Assembly: GCA_951406725.2 (NCBI GenBank)
Contig: OX597814.1
Span: forward strand, 180,792,001 to 180,856,000
Reading direction: 5' to 3'
DNA length: 64,000 nt
DNA from: Octopus vulgaris
Taxonomy: Eukaryota
The notes under the pieces were generated by a model, which made no database searches, was not told the DNA's origin, and saw only the letters and a program-made list of their open reading frames with translations. The translations under genes were made by a program, and so were the position numbers. Below are positions 1 to 12,630 of the stretch, piece by piece (position 1 is the first letter of the stretch; each line of letters starts with the position of its first letter).

Positions 1-400
1 GTCATATCTTCAGAATTAGCCATAATGGACGTTTATTAGAATAGCATGACGTATAAGTGAAGAATCATTATCTTGTCAATAGTACCATGGAGAAGAGACT
101 CTAAACAATGTCCAGTTGGCTGTTAGATTGACGTGTTTCATTATCGGGTTTCCTAATTCAATAGTGAATATAACCGCCTCCAAATTCTAAATAAGATTTG
201 CCTGCAAGCCTTCCTTCCATAAGAGCAGTGATGTCAATTTTGCAATTTTTTTTTAATATCCGGACAATTATAGATTTTCGTTCCAACGGGGAGCTGCTGT
301 CAATCAATTCTCTTACTCTACAATGTACAATTATTCGATTTGCTAGATTTTTGAAAATTGTTTTAACATCCTCACTTGAAAATGTCTTTTGAATGTCCTG
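1..400 (-). mobile_element. Decayed RTE-clade LINE, N-terminal AP-endonuclease fragment
   Basis: Minus strand reads ...CRVRELID..ERKSIIVRIL..KIDITALMEGRLAGKSYLEFGGGY, matching the RTE APE pattern WNVRTLLD..ERRTALVAREL..IDIAALSETRL. Frameshifts and stops present. Confidence 0.65.
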
Positions 401-539
401 AGTTTTTATATTGTTCTTCTTTAGGCTTATATGTCGATGAGAATACTGTATGTACGTGAGAAAACCAGTACAGTACTTAATATTAACTTATCTATCATAC
501 ACGAGTTACAAGAATAGCGTACTTAATAAATATTTGGCC

Positions 540-745
540 GAGGATTGGGAAAAACAATAGTGCATCAGGCTAAATGCCTTGTAATGTTTGGTTTCTTCTC
601 TCTGTGTTCTGAGTTCAAGTCACGCCAGGATGATTTTGAATTCATTCTACTAAGGACGATAAAATGAATTCCAGTCACGCACTGAGGTAGATTTAATCGA
701 CTATACTTCACTCGCCTGTAAATGTGTGGCCTTTTACCAATAATA
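540..745 (+). mobile_element. Old diverged copy of SINE family B
   Basis: gttctgagttcaagtcacgcc...gataaaatgaattccagtcacgcactgaggtagatttaatcgac aligns by eye to the young copies such as 47076-47307. Confidence 0.6.
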
Positions 746-869
746 AATCGATATTAAATGCAAAAGTGTTATAGCCCAGATATTGACTATCTGTGCAATT
801 CGGACCTGATAAAGAAATAACAGAAGAACCTGGTGATAGACAGAGATAAGAGTAGTATGCGGAGGGAGT

Positions 870-880
870 ATGTGTGTGTA

Positions 881-951
<71 letters not shown>

Positions 952-990
952 TTGTGTGTGTGCATGTGTGTGTGTATGTGTGTGTGTGTG
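870..990. repeat. (TG)n microsatellite, representative of dozens in the window
   Basis: Direct reading. Other tracts include (CA)n 1462-1533, (CT)n 1625-1697, (CATA)n/(GATA)n 4651-4830, (GATA)n 7020-7097 and 14554-14633, (GAAA)n 19519-19610, (TG)n 33092-33177 and 34626-34732, (ATT)n 38302-38374. Confidence 0.98.
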
Positions 991-1460
991 CTGAATGGGA
1001 AGGAAGAAATCAAATCTTATTCGCTTTCTTTACAAATGAAAAGTATAATTTATCATAAATTATCGAAAATGAAAGCATTTCGTGACACAGAGTTTAACGT
1101 GCTCACCATTATTAGAACATTCTAGTCACAGTCAGATTAGTGCAAACAAGTAATCTTTAAAATTCTCTCCTTGGTCACAACTCCAATTCTCTACACATTT
1201 TCTGAAGTATGTTGAGAATACAGTGCCTTTTTTATTACATTTCGAAATAAATATTTTATCTGTGTGTGTTCTGCCTCCACCACCCCACCTGTACAATTTT
1301 CATGATAATCTAATAACAGAAACTCGGTCTCTCGCGTTTAGCACGTTTAAAGCAACTGCATACTCCTACGTAACACGTTAATATTCAATCTCTTTCTAAA
1401 TATTCTTTTTGAACTAAGGAAATCTCAAAACTCTCCTTTTTCACGCCACTAGGTTCACCA

Positions 1461-1519
<59 letters not shown>

Positions 1520-1639
1520 TACACACGCACACACTTACCCACCTTTACGAAGGTACTTTAATAACTTGAAACAAGACCATAAACTCTGACGATGGCCTTT
1601 CTGCTACCTTCAAACAACGCCCGCCTCTCTCTCCCTCTC

Positions 1640-1699
<60 letters not shown>

Positions 1700-2071
1700 T
1701 GTCTTTCACTGTGTGTGTCTGTGGATATACACCTCTTCCTCTATCTAAATATTTCGTTGCCAACTTAAGAATCATAAAAACGTATTGAATTTTTTTAAAT
1801 AGACATAATTTTTCACACATTTATATTATATAAATATAACATCCATGTTTTGCCGATGAATATATAATGTAAGGGAAGAAAAATTGTCTCACTAGAAATA
1901 ATATGTTAATGGAACTGTAATAGATTAAAAAATAAACACAGGTTGCTACTCGATTCTACATCTCTCGAATCGACCAGCAAATGCCTACTCAAACTCCATT
2001 CGACATTAATAATTTTTTTCTTTTGTATTTATATTCTAGTCATCCAATGGAAACATTCGCATTTATTATAT

Positions 2072-2692
2072 TGGTTTCAAATTTTTGGTACAAGGCCAGC
2101 AAGTCCAGGGTAGGGGTTAAGTTGATTACATCGATCCCAGTATCCACTGGTACTTATTTTATTGACTCTGATAGGGTGAAAGGCATTTGAATTCAGAACG
2201 TAAAGACGGACAAAATACCTATTTCTTTACTACCCACAAGGGATTAAACACAGAGGGAACAAACAAGAACAGACAAACGGATTAAGTCGATTATATCGAC
2301 CACAGTGCGTAACTGGTACTTATTTAATCGACCCCGAAAGGATGAAAGGCAAAGTCGACCTCGGCGGAATTTGAACCCAGAACGTAACGGCAGACGAAAT
2401 ACGGCCACGCATTTCGCCCGGCGTGCTAACGTTTCTGCCAGCTCGCCGCCTTACTCATATTCATTATATATTTCTTTACTACCCACAAGGCGCTAAACAT
2501 AGAGGGGACAAACAAGGACAGACAAACGGATTAAGTCGATTATATCAACCCCAGTGCGTAAATGGTACTTTATTTATCGACACCGAAAGGATAAACGGCA
2601 AAGTCGACCACGGCGGAATTTGAACGTAACGGCAGACGAAATACTGCTAAGCATTTCGCCCGGCGTGCTAACGTTTCTGCTAGCTCTCCGCC
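2072..2692 (-). mobile_element. Cluster of three family B tRNA-derived SINEs: old copy 2072-2219, young copies 2220-2450 and 2470-2692
   Basis: Head GGCGGCGAGCTGGCAGAAACG, B-box-like GTTCAAATTCC, central GGTCGACTTTGCCTTTCATCCTTTCGGGGTCGAT..TAAGTACCAG (resembles the MetaSINE domain as I recall it), tail AAAGAAATA. A 19 bp direct repeat TTACTCATATTCATTATAT lies at 2451-2469 and 2693-2711. Confidence 0.9.
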
Positions 2693-3527
2693 TTACTCAT
2701 ATTCATTATATTCAGTGAACTTTTTTTTCTCAGAAGGCTTAAGCAACTATGAAATATAAACTAGAGGCAAAGAAAATAAATACATTCTAGGGGATTAAAA
2801 AAATGTCGACTCTGTTACAGTAACATGGACCTTCCTGGGGAGAATAGAAGAGGATAGAAAATAACATTATTAATGTTGCTTGGTTGCTGGATTACCCTCA
2901 ACAATTTTAAGAATTCAAAGCATGATACACCACATGCATTATCCTATCTGCTACTGAGTAAGACTTCCCTTCGGGGTATTTTACTTAGTATTTACAATCA
3001 TTGTAATAATGACGCATAACAGCAAGAAACGGATGATAAAGCAATAATAGAGACTAACAGCCAGCTGAGTTCATAAACACTAGGCTACCAGCCAAAATAA
3101 TGGCAGATTATATCCTGTTTGTTGTTACGTACTGTGCCTGGAAACGTCGATATTTAATTACACAACTGTAAACATGTATTGCAGGCTTGTATGATTCGCC
3201 TCTGCAAGAAACGGAAACATTGTACTTTCGTAACTTGAATTCAGGCTCACCTGACGATACAGCTCGAAGATTGGCGGGCCAAGATGATATGTCCAAGAAT
3301 CTTCTCTCATTATGCATTTGAACACGGTAGTTGTATAAGATTACGAAACCTAAGTTATTAGGGCTGAATATAGTATGAGTAGTTACAAATCCCTGTGGTC
3401 AGGAATTAGCAAAGTTATATGCAACCATAAGGTAGATGACAATTAGTTTAGACATATATAGTTATAAGTCACTTAAATCGCACAAGTTATAATAATAATT
3501 GAATAATTGTTTCGAATTTCCGCACAT

Positions 3528-3925
3528 AGGCGCAGGAGTGGCTGTGTGGTAAGTAGCTTGCTAACCAACCACATGGTTCTGGGTTCAGTCCCGCTGCGTG
3601 GCATCTTGGGCAAGTGTCCTCTGCTATAGCCCCGAGCCGACCAATGCCTTGTGAGTGGATTTGGTAGACGGAAACTGAAAGAAGCCTGTCGTATATATGT
3701 ATATATATATAAGTTTGTGTGTCTGTGTTTGTCCCCCTAGCATTGCTTGACAACCGATACTGGTGTGTTTACGTCCCCGTCACTTAGCGGTTCGGCAGAA
3801 GAGGCCGATAGAATAAGTACTGGGCTTACAAAGAATAAGTCCCGGGGTCGATTTGCTCGACTAAAGGCGGTGCTCCAGCATGGCCGCAGTCAAATGACTG
3901 AAACAAGTAAAAGAGTAAAAGAGTA
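3528..3925 (+). mobile_element. Full-length tRNA-derived SINE, family A
   Basis: A box TGGCTGTGTGG, B box GGTTCAGTCCC, short internal TA/TG tract, tail GACTGAAACAAG(TAAAAGAG)n. About ten copies in the window. Confidence 0.92.
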
Positions 3926-4735
3926 TGGTCAGCCGACTTCATCGACCCCAGCTCTCGACGGGTACTTTATATAATCGATCTCGAAAAGGCGAATGGCAAA
4001 GTCGACCTCGGTTGAATTTGAACGGGAAGAAAAAAAAATCGAGAAGCATTGTGCCTGACGCGCTAACGATTCCACCAGTTTGCCGTCATATTGAATCTAT
4101 AATAATTAAAACTATATAGCTTGAATAACGCACCAGTAACCATAACAACACAAATAAGTCGTTATTGTTTAAGGCTAGACAAATAGTAAAGACATTTGTA
4201 AAGCTTTCCATCTGCTGTCACTAAAGCTATTTTTTAATAACGAACCACTAATATATATTGAGATGTCGCGTTAAATATAGATATTTACATAATACAAGTC
4301 AACTTTTCGGATATTTTTCATGCTATTTTCTGTTCTTGGTGTTCTTGTTGTCATCGTCGGTTTTGTCATTACGATTGTTGTTGCTGTTATTATAATTGCT
4401 GATGTTGCTGTTGTTGATACTGTTTATTTTGTCGCTTTTTTTTATTCCCTTCAAAATTGCAAGCTTAAATCAGTGCACTTAGAACAAAACAATTTTTCCT
4501 TTTAATTTTCTTGTACAGACGTTCGACATCGTCTTTTACAATAACATGCTGCGTTTCAACTAAAAATGCGATAACAAATGCCACCACAAATGAAAAGAAA
4601 AACTAAGTGCACTGGCTAGTAGAAACCGAATAACAAGCTGGCCTAGATTGCATACATACATACATACATACATACATACATACATACATACATACATACA
4701 TACATACATACATACATACATGCGCACGTACGTAC

Positions 4736-4830
<95 letters not shown>

Positions 4831-4851
4831 TGTGTGTATGTGTATGTATAT

Positions 4852-5012
4852 CACATTTTTTCTCTCTCTGTTTTTTCCTATTAATCTTTTCTGTCGAAGA
4901 GCGTAAGCTCGAAACGTAAAAGAGATTTTCATTCTTCCCGAGCGTTAAATTAATACACCTGCTTGTCGTTCCTACACTTGTCTTCGTTTTTTGGTTTTCT
5001 GTAAATTTGAAC
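4852..5012 (+). mobile_element. Short Penelope-like non-autonomous element with hammerhead-like motif (family H1)
   Basis: CTGTCGA-A-GAGC gtaa GCTC-GAAACGTA at 4891-4918. Homologous to 30461-30625 and 42045-42238; ends in ACTATATA. Confidence 0.65.
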
Positions 5013-5125
5013 TATATATATATAAATATAAGCAAAAATTTAGTTTCAGGTGAATTAAGTATTTAAGTTGAGGCGCCATAATTTAGTACAATATTACCCA
5101 TACATTTTCAAAATAAGGTGATTAA

Positions 5126-5631
5126 AATCAAAATAAGCAACAAGGATATCCAGAGGTAATGCAGTACGATCGTTTCAAGTGCAACTCCATTTAATTGAAC
5201 GATGCAATCATTACATCAATTTAAATGCAGAGCAATCCTCAGCAGCATAAAGACATACAATTAAATTAAATTAAAAGAGATGGACACGTTAGTATAATGT
5301 TTCCTGAAACCTCCAAGAAGGCAAGGATATAAACAAAGAATATGCTGACTTCACTTCAGCTTAGAAGCTATTCTTCGTGCTATTAATATTGTTATTATTG
5401 TGAAGCGAAGACAGCATGTTCTTTGTTTTTCTCCTTACCTTCTTGGAGGTTTTAGGTAAAATTATATTAATGTGTCCATCTCTTTTTATTTAATTCAACT
5501 CTATGTCTTTATGCAGCTGAGGATTGCTCTGCATTTAAATTGATGTAATGATTGCATTGTTCAATTAAATGGAGTTGCTTGAAACGATCGTACTGGATTA
5601 CCTCTGTCTATCCTTGTTGCTTATTATGATT
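5126..5631. mobile_element. Foldback of two inverted Penelope-like pseudo-LTR copies, each with a hammerhead motif
   Basis: Arms 5126-5358 and 5401-5631 are reverse complements (roughly 85% by eye) with a 42 nt spacer. Each arm has CTGAGGA...GAAACGATCGTA. Confidence 0.85.
5511..5598 (+). ncRNA. Type I hammerhead ribozyme candidate; mirror copy at 5159-5248 on minus strand
   Basis: Stem I ATGCAG/CTGGAT (5 of 6 pairs), core CUGAGGA, long stem II, GAA, helix III AC-GATC-GT, cleavage triplet GUA. Confidence 0.7.
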
Positions 5632-7019
5632 ATATATATATATATATATATATATACAAATTAAAATTAAGGATAAAATCTATACATGATTTTATCAGGT
5701 AGTTAGCGTGTAATAACCTATTAAGGCAAAAATTAATTTAGTACATAATTTTATAAGTATAATTATAAAAACTATATTATGAGCAACTAGCGAGTATTTC
5801 TACAGGTCGAGCCACACGCTAAAGAAAGATGCCAAATGGCGCAAAACTACCTGTAGTATCGTATAAATACGCGCTGAAAGCGAGGGAATAAAAGGAAAAG
5901 ATTCATGGAGTGATTCAAACATTAACATACACAGACATTGTTATTTTGTCGTAAATATATAGTCGTCGTAGTCGTTTAGGAAGGTATAGTTCTTGTTAGA
6001 ATAATTGTTCTTTTCCTTACAAAAGCCAAAAGTGCATTGTGCAACAGCAATTTAGAATTCCTGTCAAAGAAACATCTTTGCGGTCCAATTCTGATCTATG
6101 TATGTGGTATCTTACTGTCAATATTATAGGGTTCTGTGCATTGATTTCTCCGGGGCCCTATACTTCCGCTAAGACGGCTCTGTTCCGTAGTTCTCAGCAT
6201 TTTGTACTGTGAATTGCTTAAATATCAATATTGCGATACGATTAATCAACACTTTCTTGATCTGTTCTGTATTACGATAAATTCAAACAACTGCTTGAAC
6301 TTTCGTGGTCTATCCGGTCTTACAATAAATTTAATCAGTTGTTTGAACTCTCGGGATCAGATGCGATTCAATTCTTCAGTTCGACTGGACATTCAACCAG
6401 AGTAATAATGATATAAGTGGAGTGAGAATACCTGCAATTCGAAGTCAAAACCAGCATGTAGCCTTCGTTTCCTAGGAGTTTACCAACGATTTACCTATTA
6501 TTTTATACTACATAAGTGTACACTGCTTGTATACACGCATTGAGACTGGATGGTTAAGAAGTTCGCCTCATAGCTACTAGATTCTAGTTTCAGTCCTATT
6601 GCATGGCATCTTTGGTAAATATCATTTTCTACAGCTATGAGTCGACCATATTTTGTAACCTAAGTCGAGTTGACGAGAATTATATAGAAGACTATCAAAA
6701 GGGTTGTCCTTGTAACTCAAAAGTTTCATCCTTTGTCACACTCTCTGTTACTCTAATTCCGTTCGAGAATCACGTTAAGGGTACACGTCTCTGTGGAATG
6801 CTCAGATACTTACCGGGTAAATTGGGGGCAAGTAATTCAATTGATTTAAATAACTGAATCCCCATCGTCGAGCAACGAAGATCGTCGAACGACCTACCAC
6901 ATATTGCTTCTTGATTTTTAACTCCCAAATATCTATATTTTGTCTAACCTGAAAAGTTTTGGCAGTCGTTTGTATGTTGCACACGCGCGCATGCAGATAA
7001 GCAGGTAGACAGACAGAGC

Positions 7020-7096
<77 letters not shown>

Positions 7097-7098
<2 letters not shown>

Positions 7099-7297
7099 GG
7101 GCTAAACATAGAGGGGACAAGCAAGGACAGACGAACGGATTAAGTCGATTACATCGACCCCTGTGCGTAACTGGTACTTAATTTATCGACCCCGAAAGAA
7201 TGAAAGGCAAAGTCGACCTCGTCGGAATTTGAACTCAGAACGTAACGGCAGACGAAATACGGCTACGCATTTCGCCCGGCGTGCTAACGTTTCTGCC
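7097..7297 (-). mobile_element. SINE family B copy between (GATA)n and (CATA)n tracts
   Basis: Near-identical to the other young B copies; both ends clipped. Confidence 0.9.
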
Positions 7298-7742
7298 AAG
7301 GTAGATAGATAGACATATACATACATACATACATACATACATACATACATACATACATACATACATACATACATACATACATACATACATACATGCATTC
7401 ATGCATACATACATGTATTGTTGCTGGTGCATAAAAGAAGAATATACCATATTTTAAACTCTATTTCTTTGTTTCTCTGACCTTTTGCAAATAGTAATTG
7501 ACATTTTCTTCTTTCTCTTTTCAGAATTGGAAAATTTTGTTGTAATTCCACTAAAGTATAATACTAAAATGAAGTATTTACTAAGATCCCATAATTTTGC
7601 TTAATGTTTCCATAAAATGAAATTTATGGGAAACAATTTCAGCCATGAAACCACACAAGCGCTATGTTTGAGTTATATTAATATTTTTCTTTTAACGCTG
7701 CTTCCGAAAATTGTGTTGCTTCAGAGAATACTGGGATATTGT

Positions 7743-8240
7743 CAGGTAGAGAGAAGGAGGAGAAGAAGAAGAAGAAGAAGAAGAAGAAGAGGTGTGGGGA
7801 GAAGCGGTGTGGAGGGGGAAGTGTGGCAAGAGATGTGTGACGCGAGATGTGTTGCAGGAGAGGTGTGGCGGGAGATGTATGACGGGAGAGGTGTGGCCGG
7901 AGAGGTGTGGTGGGAGAGGTTTGGCGGGAGAGGTATGGTGGGAGAGGTGTGGGGTGACTGGAAGGGGGAGGAGAGTGGAATGAGAAGGGCCAGGAAAAGA
8001 AGGAGGAGCAAGAGCAGGAGGAGCAGGAAGAGGAGGGAAGAAGGGTTGGAAGGGAGAAGTGGCGTGAAAGGGGGAGATGGAGGAGAAGGGAGGGAAGAAG
8101 AGGGGGATGTAGAGGGGAGTGGAAGAGAGGAGATGGTAGGGAGGGAAAGAGGAGAAGGAGTAAGAAAAGGAGGAGGGGAGGTGGGAAGAGGAGAAGAAGA
8201 AGATTTTGGTTAGTAGAAACAAAGAAAGAAAGAAAGAAAG
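7743..8240. repeat. Purine-rich low-complexity tract with degenerate GAGAGGTGTGG units and (GAA)n
   Basis: Direct reading. Confidence 0.9.
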
Positions 8241-8719
8241 GCGAAGTAATGTTTACGTATGGACAAGATAATTTGTCAGTTAAAACGAATTTAACAAGAT
8301 AGACTCTTACAATTCTTTTCAGAATGTCAAGAAGGGTGAAACCTGCGCCATGACAGAAACTATTGATTTCCTTCTTTGATATAAAACAACAAATTTACAA
8401 GAGTAGGAAATGAGTTTGTACGCCAGATTGTATTCCAGTAAGATACACGTAAGGTAAGGGGAAATGAGTTTGTTGTGATCGGGAAGTGAAACGTGATCGT
8501 AAGCCCAATAGATAAGACTTGTATAGTTCCACCCTAGGTAGAGAAGTATTTTAATTCATCACTGCACGCTAACGAAACCCTTATTGGTTTAATTTAAGTT
8601 GACATACACACCCGTCACACGCATACATATGTGTGTATATGTGTTTGTGTGTAAGGTTCTCCGTTCATTTCGTTAGTCGCTCAATGAAGTGAATTATGTG
8701 GGTGAGTATTCCAGAGATA

Positions 8720-9186
8720 TACTCTTTACTCTTTTACATGTTTCAGTCATTTGACTGTGGCCATGCTGGAGCAACGCCTTTAGTCGAGCAAATCGACCCC
8801 AGGACTTATTCTTTGTAAGCCTAGTACTTATTCTATCGGTCTCTTTTTGCCGAACCGCTAAGTTACGGGGACGTAAACAAACCAGCATCGGTTGTCAAGC
8901 GATGATGGGGGGACAAACACAGACATACAAACTTACACACACACACACATATATATATATAGATAGATAGATAGAAGATAGATAGATAGGTATACATATA
9001 TATACATATATATACATATATACGATGAGCTTCTTTCAGTTTCCGTCTACCAAATCCACTCACAAGGCTTTGGTCGGCCCAAGGCTATAGTAGAAGACAC
9101 TTGCCCAAAGTGCCACGCAGTGGGAATGAACCCGGAACCATGTGGTTGGTAAGCAAGCTACTTACCACACAGCCACTCCTGCGCCT
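8720..9186 (-). mobile_element. Full-length SINE family A
   Basis: Reverse complement of 3528-3925 with an expanded internal microsatellite. Confidence 0.93.
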
Positions 9187-9476
9187 GTAACTTTAACGCA
9201 ATTCTCAGGCAGAATCAATGTGACACGGTATGTGATTAGACTGCGGCTTAGAATTATAGGTACAATCCATCCGACAAGTTTCTATACAGCTTTCGTCCAC
9301 CCAGTTTCACTAACAAGGTATGGGTCAACCCGAGTTTATAGAAGAGACCATTTGCCCGGGTCCTCGTGGTGATTCCAAAGCACACTTCTTAATCATTCGA
9401 CCATACTGTACCTATGTGTGTGTGCGCGCGTGCGTGTGTATGTATGTATGTATATCTATATAAATATGTGTGTGTG

Positions 9477-10659
9477 TGCTGGCAGGAAAGTAATTTCGGT
9501 ATTTTAGTGTGAAATATAAGTCATTTTTTTTCATACAAAGAATGAACTTTAATCAATTTTGTTCGATACTTTTTGCCATCTCTCTGGCAACTTAATGATT
9601 CCGCGCTCATAGAACTTCTGGTCCTTATCAGCCAAAAACTGAAGCGAGTGCTATTTCAGGTCATCATCATTATTGAAAGTTTTTCCATTCAAAGAATTTT
9701 ACAAACTTCGAAATAAATGGTAATCTGATGGTGCAAGGTTAAGGCTATATGCTGGATATGACATCACTTTCCAACCAAGCTTCAATAATTTTTCACAAGT
9801 TAGCAAAGACGTGTGTGTTCTAGCGTTGTCATGGTGGAACACGATTCCTTCACGAGCTGCCAATTCTGGCCTTTTTTTTTTATTGCTTCCCCCAGTTTCA
9901 TTAGTTGTTGACTTTAAACATCTGAATTAATCGCTTGGTTCCTTGGAAGCAGCTCAAAACACACAACACCTTTGTAATCCTACCAAATTGAAAGCATGAC
10001 CTTCTTTTTAATGCAATTCAGCTTTCGATATGGTTTGTGCTGATTCATTACGCTTGGACCATGATTGTTTTCGATTGATATTATTGTAGACAATCCATCT
10101 TTCATCAGTGATGATTAGTTTCAAAAGAAGGTCGATTTCATTGCGTTTGAGATGCATATCGCAAATATTGGTTCGTTGTGTTAAGAGAATCTTTCAATTT
10201 ATGTGGAACCCAAATATCGAGCTTCTTAACGAGTCCAAGACATTTTAAGTGATTTTCAACTGTTTTGTGTAATAAATTTAACCTCTCTGCATATGGAGTT
10301 ATATGACAATCAGATTCAATTATGGCTTTGATTCGGTGATCATCAACTTCAGTAGGTCGACCAGAACGTTGGTTGACTTTGAGTGAAAAATCTCCAGAAT
10401 GGAATTTTTAAAACCATTTCTGACATGTGCGTTCTGTTAAGCAATCAGTACCATAAACTTCACATATCTCTTTATGAGCCTCATCAGCATTCTTGCCTTT
10501 ACAGAAATAAAAAAGCAAAATATAGCAAAAATGGTCGTTTTTGCTCTCCATCTTAAAAGTGACACTGAAGTAACAGCTGTAAATAAAATTACGTGCAATT
10601 TGCTTCTAAAGTAAGCTAAAAGTAACGGCTATCAAATGTCAAAAGGAAAATTTAATACA
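9477..10659 (-). mobile_element. Decayed mariner (DD34D) transposon; pseudo-ORF about 10551 to 9549; one TIR missing
   Basis: MESKNDHFCYILLFYF..EICEVYG..CQKWF, WVPH (~10201-10212), FHHDNARTH, YSLNLAPSDYHLF. TIR-like GGCAGGAAAGTAATTTCGGT at 9481. The upstream end is cut at 10659. Confidence 0.93.
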
Positions 10660-10785
10660 CTACTGCCGATGTTTTCATCTAAGGTATTGCTGACCCTTGC
10701 CCAGGATATCACTCCGATCTATGGACTGAAGGGACGACTTATTTTCCCTTTTAAAGCCTGCCACTGATGTGGGTACCGTACCGTG

Positions 10786-10834
<49 letters not shown>

Positions 10835-11073
10835 ATAATTACTCAATGTTCCCTTTCTTTTTAATCAGGAGTGCCTTATTTAAGGAACATTTTGGTTGGC
10901 ACTGTTTTGGTCTTTGTTTTTGTCTCTTGTTCTGGCTGAAGAGCGATTACATTATTGTCGTTTGAGACATCGTCATCGCCCTTGCTGTTGTAGTTGTTCT
11001 TAATCACCTACGCTTGAGCAGATGTACGATACGCCGGATCAACCGAGGCATTTTGTCGACATTTCAAGCTGTA

Positions 11074-11131
<58 letters not shown>

Positions 11132-11153
11132 TGTATCTATCTATATATCTATC

Positions 11154-11188
<35 letters not shown>

Positions 11189-11229
11189 CTATCTCTTTCT
11201 TTCTCTCTCTTTTCCCCTCTCTCTCTCTT

Positions 11230-11289
<60 letters not shown>

Positions 11290-11951
11290 CTATCTAACAA
11301 TCTGTCCGTCTGTCTGTTTTTCTATCTGTTTATCTATCTGGCTACCTAGCTATCCATCTATCTCTACTTATCTAGCTTTTTTATCTATTTATCTCTCATC
11401 TTTTATTCTTCGACATCTTGTACTATAATTTTGAAACTTAAAACCCGTTATTCTACACAATAAACCTGACTAATCTGTTGCATAGCATGTCCCCACCACT
11501 ATTTGTTATTTGGCATCCGTATCGGCTCGAGTCGAACAAATTCGTGATCAATGGCGTTCCACTCGTGACTATCCAGTGTTTTATTCATACGAAATGTAAA
11601 TGGGACTGCATTACATAATGTATCTTTCCTGTTCATGCTTAATTTCAGGTTAACACTGACTGCGTAGACTTATGATCAAAGACTTTCAGCATCTTGTCCG
11701 TCTCCCGGGTATTTTCTGTTTAGGACTACATTATTCAATGTGACGCTTTTTAAACCGGTTGAATGTAATTTAAGGGATGTTTTTGCTACTGTTTCTAGCA
11801 TATCGAATGACCATGTAGAGACACTCTATAAAATGGCAGATTGTGATTTGGGGATAATTTTTTTGTTATTTCCTGTAAGTCAAGTGACAATGTAAAAGTT
11901 CTCTCGTTGACTCGTTATATCCAGAGGTTCGATTATTTCAAATGCCTCCAT
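10660..11951 (+). repeat. Left arm of a large inverted duplication
   Basis: Reverse complement of 15347-16477 at about 90% or more identity outside microsatellites (by eye). Confidence 0.95.
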
Positions 11952-12003
11952 ACTCTCTTTTACTTTTTTCAGTCATTTGACTGTGGCCATGCTAGAGCAC
12001 CGC

Positions 12004-12079
<76 letters not shown>

Positions 12080-12319
12080 CGTCAGTATAGAAGTATATTC
12101 TCTCCGTCACTAGGGTCTTACGAGTTGTCCATAGGGCTAAGCACGTTTTGGATGCGAAACCATTGGTCAACCTATGAACATATACTTAACTGCATATATA
12201 TATGAATGCATGTATATCTCTCTATAGGAAGACCTTATGTAAGGGAATATAAATTAAATGGGTCAATTGCATAAATTTGGATAATTAAATCATTTAAGCA
12301 TGTTGTACTGAATTACTCT

Positions 12320-12630
12320 GAAGGCGCATGGCTTAGTGGTTAGGGTATTCAGTTCATGATCGTTAGGGCGTGATGTAGATTCCCGGCGGTACATTGTGTC
12401 CTTGAGCAGGACACGTTATTTCACGTTTCTCCAGTCCACTCAGCTGACAAAAATAAGTCGTACCGGTAATTCAGAAAGCCAGCCTTGTCACATTCTGTGT
12501 CACGCTGAATGCCCCGGAGAACGGGTACGCGTGTATGCCGAGTGCTCAGCTTCTTTCACGTTAATTTCATGAGCAGAATGTCTGTTGATCGGAATTTGTG
12601 TCATTATAACCGACTGAGTACCAGTTTTAT
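12320..12630 (+). mobile_element. tRNA-derived SINE family C, older copy
   Basis: GGCGCATGGCTTAGTGGTTAGGG head; TGTGTCCTTGAGCAGGACAC..CTCCAGTCCACTCAGCTG core shared with 60179-60434. Confidence 0.8.

Noticed and set aside
708-1125. HT-, CV-, YI-, LS- and MYVC-repeat ORFs here and throughout the track
   Set aside because: Translations of di- and tetranucleotide microsatellites.
3185-3320. Possible exon after TATTGCAG (GLYDSPLQETETLYFRN...)
   Set aside because: Short, weak pyrimidine tract, no recognisable homology or partner exons.
5655-5880. Further hammerhead near AAAGATGCCAAATGGCGCAAAAC
   Set aside because: Both core halves are degenerate; may be a Penelope-like remnant but cannot be supported.
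7617-8222. 198 aa and 176 aa overlapping ORFs
   Set aside because: Purine-rich low-complexity tract lacks stops by composition; no domain recognisable.
10930-10980. CTGAAGA...GAGACATCGTC as a hammerhead (mirror copy near 16220)
   Set aside because: GAAA is mutated and no stem I pairing exists; at most a relic.
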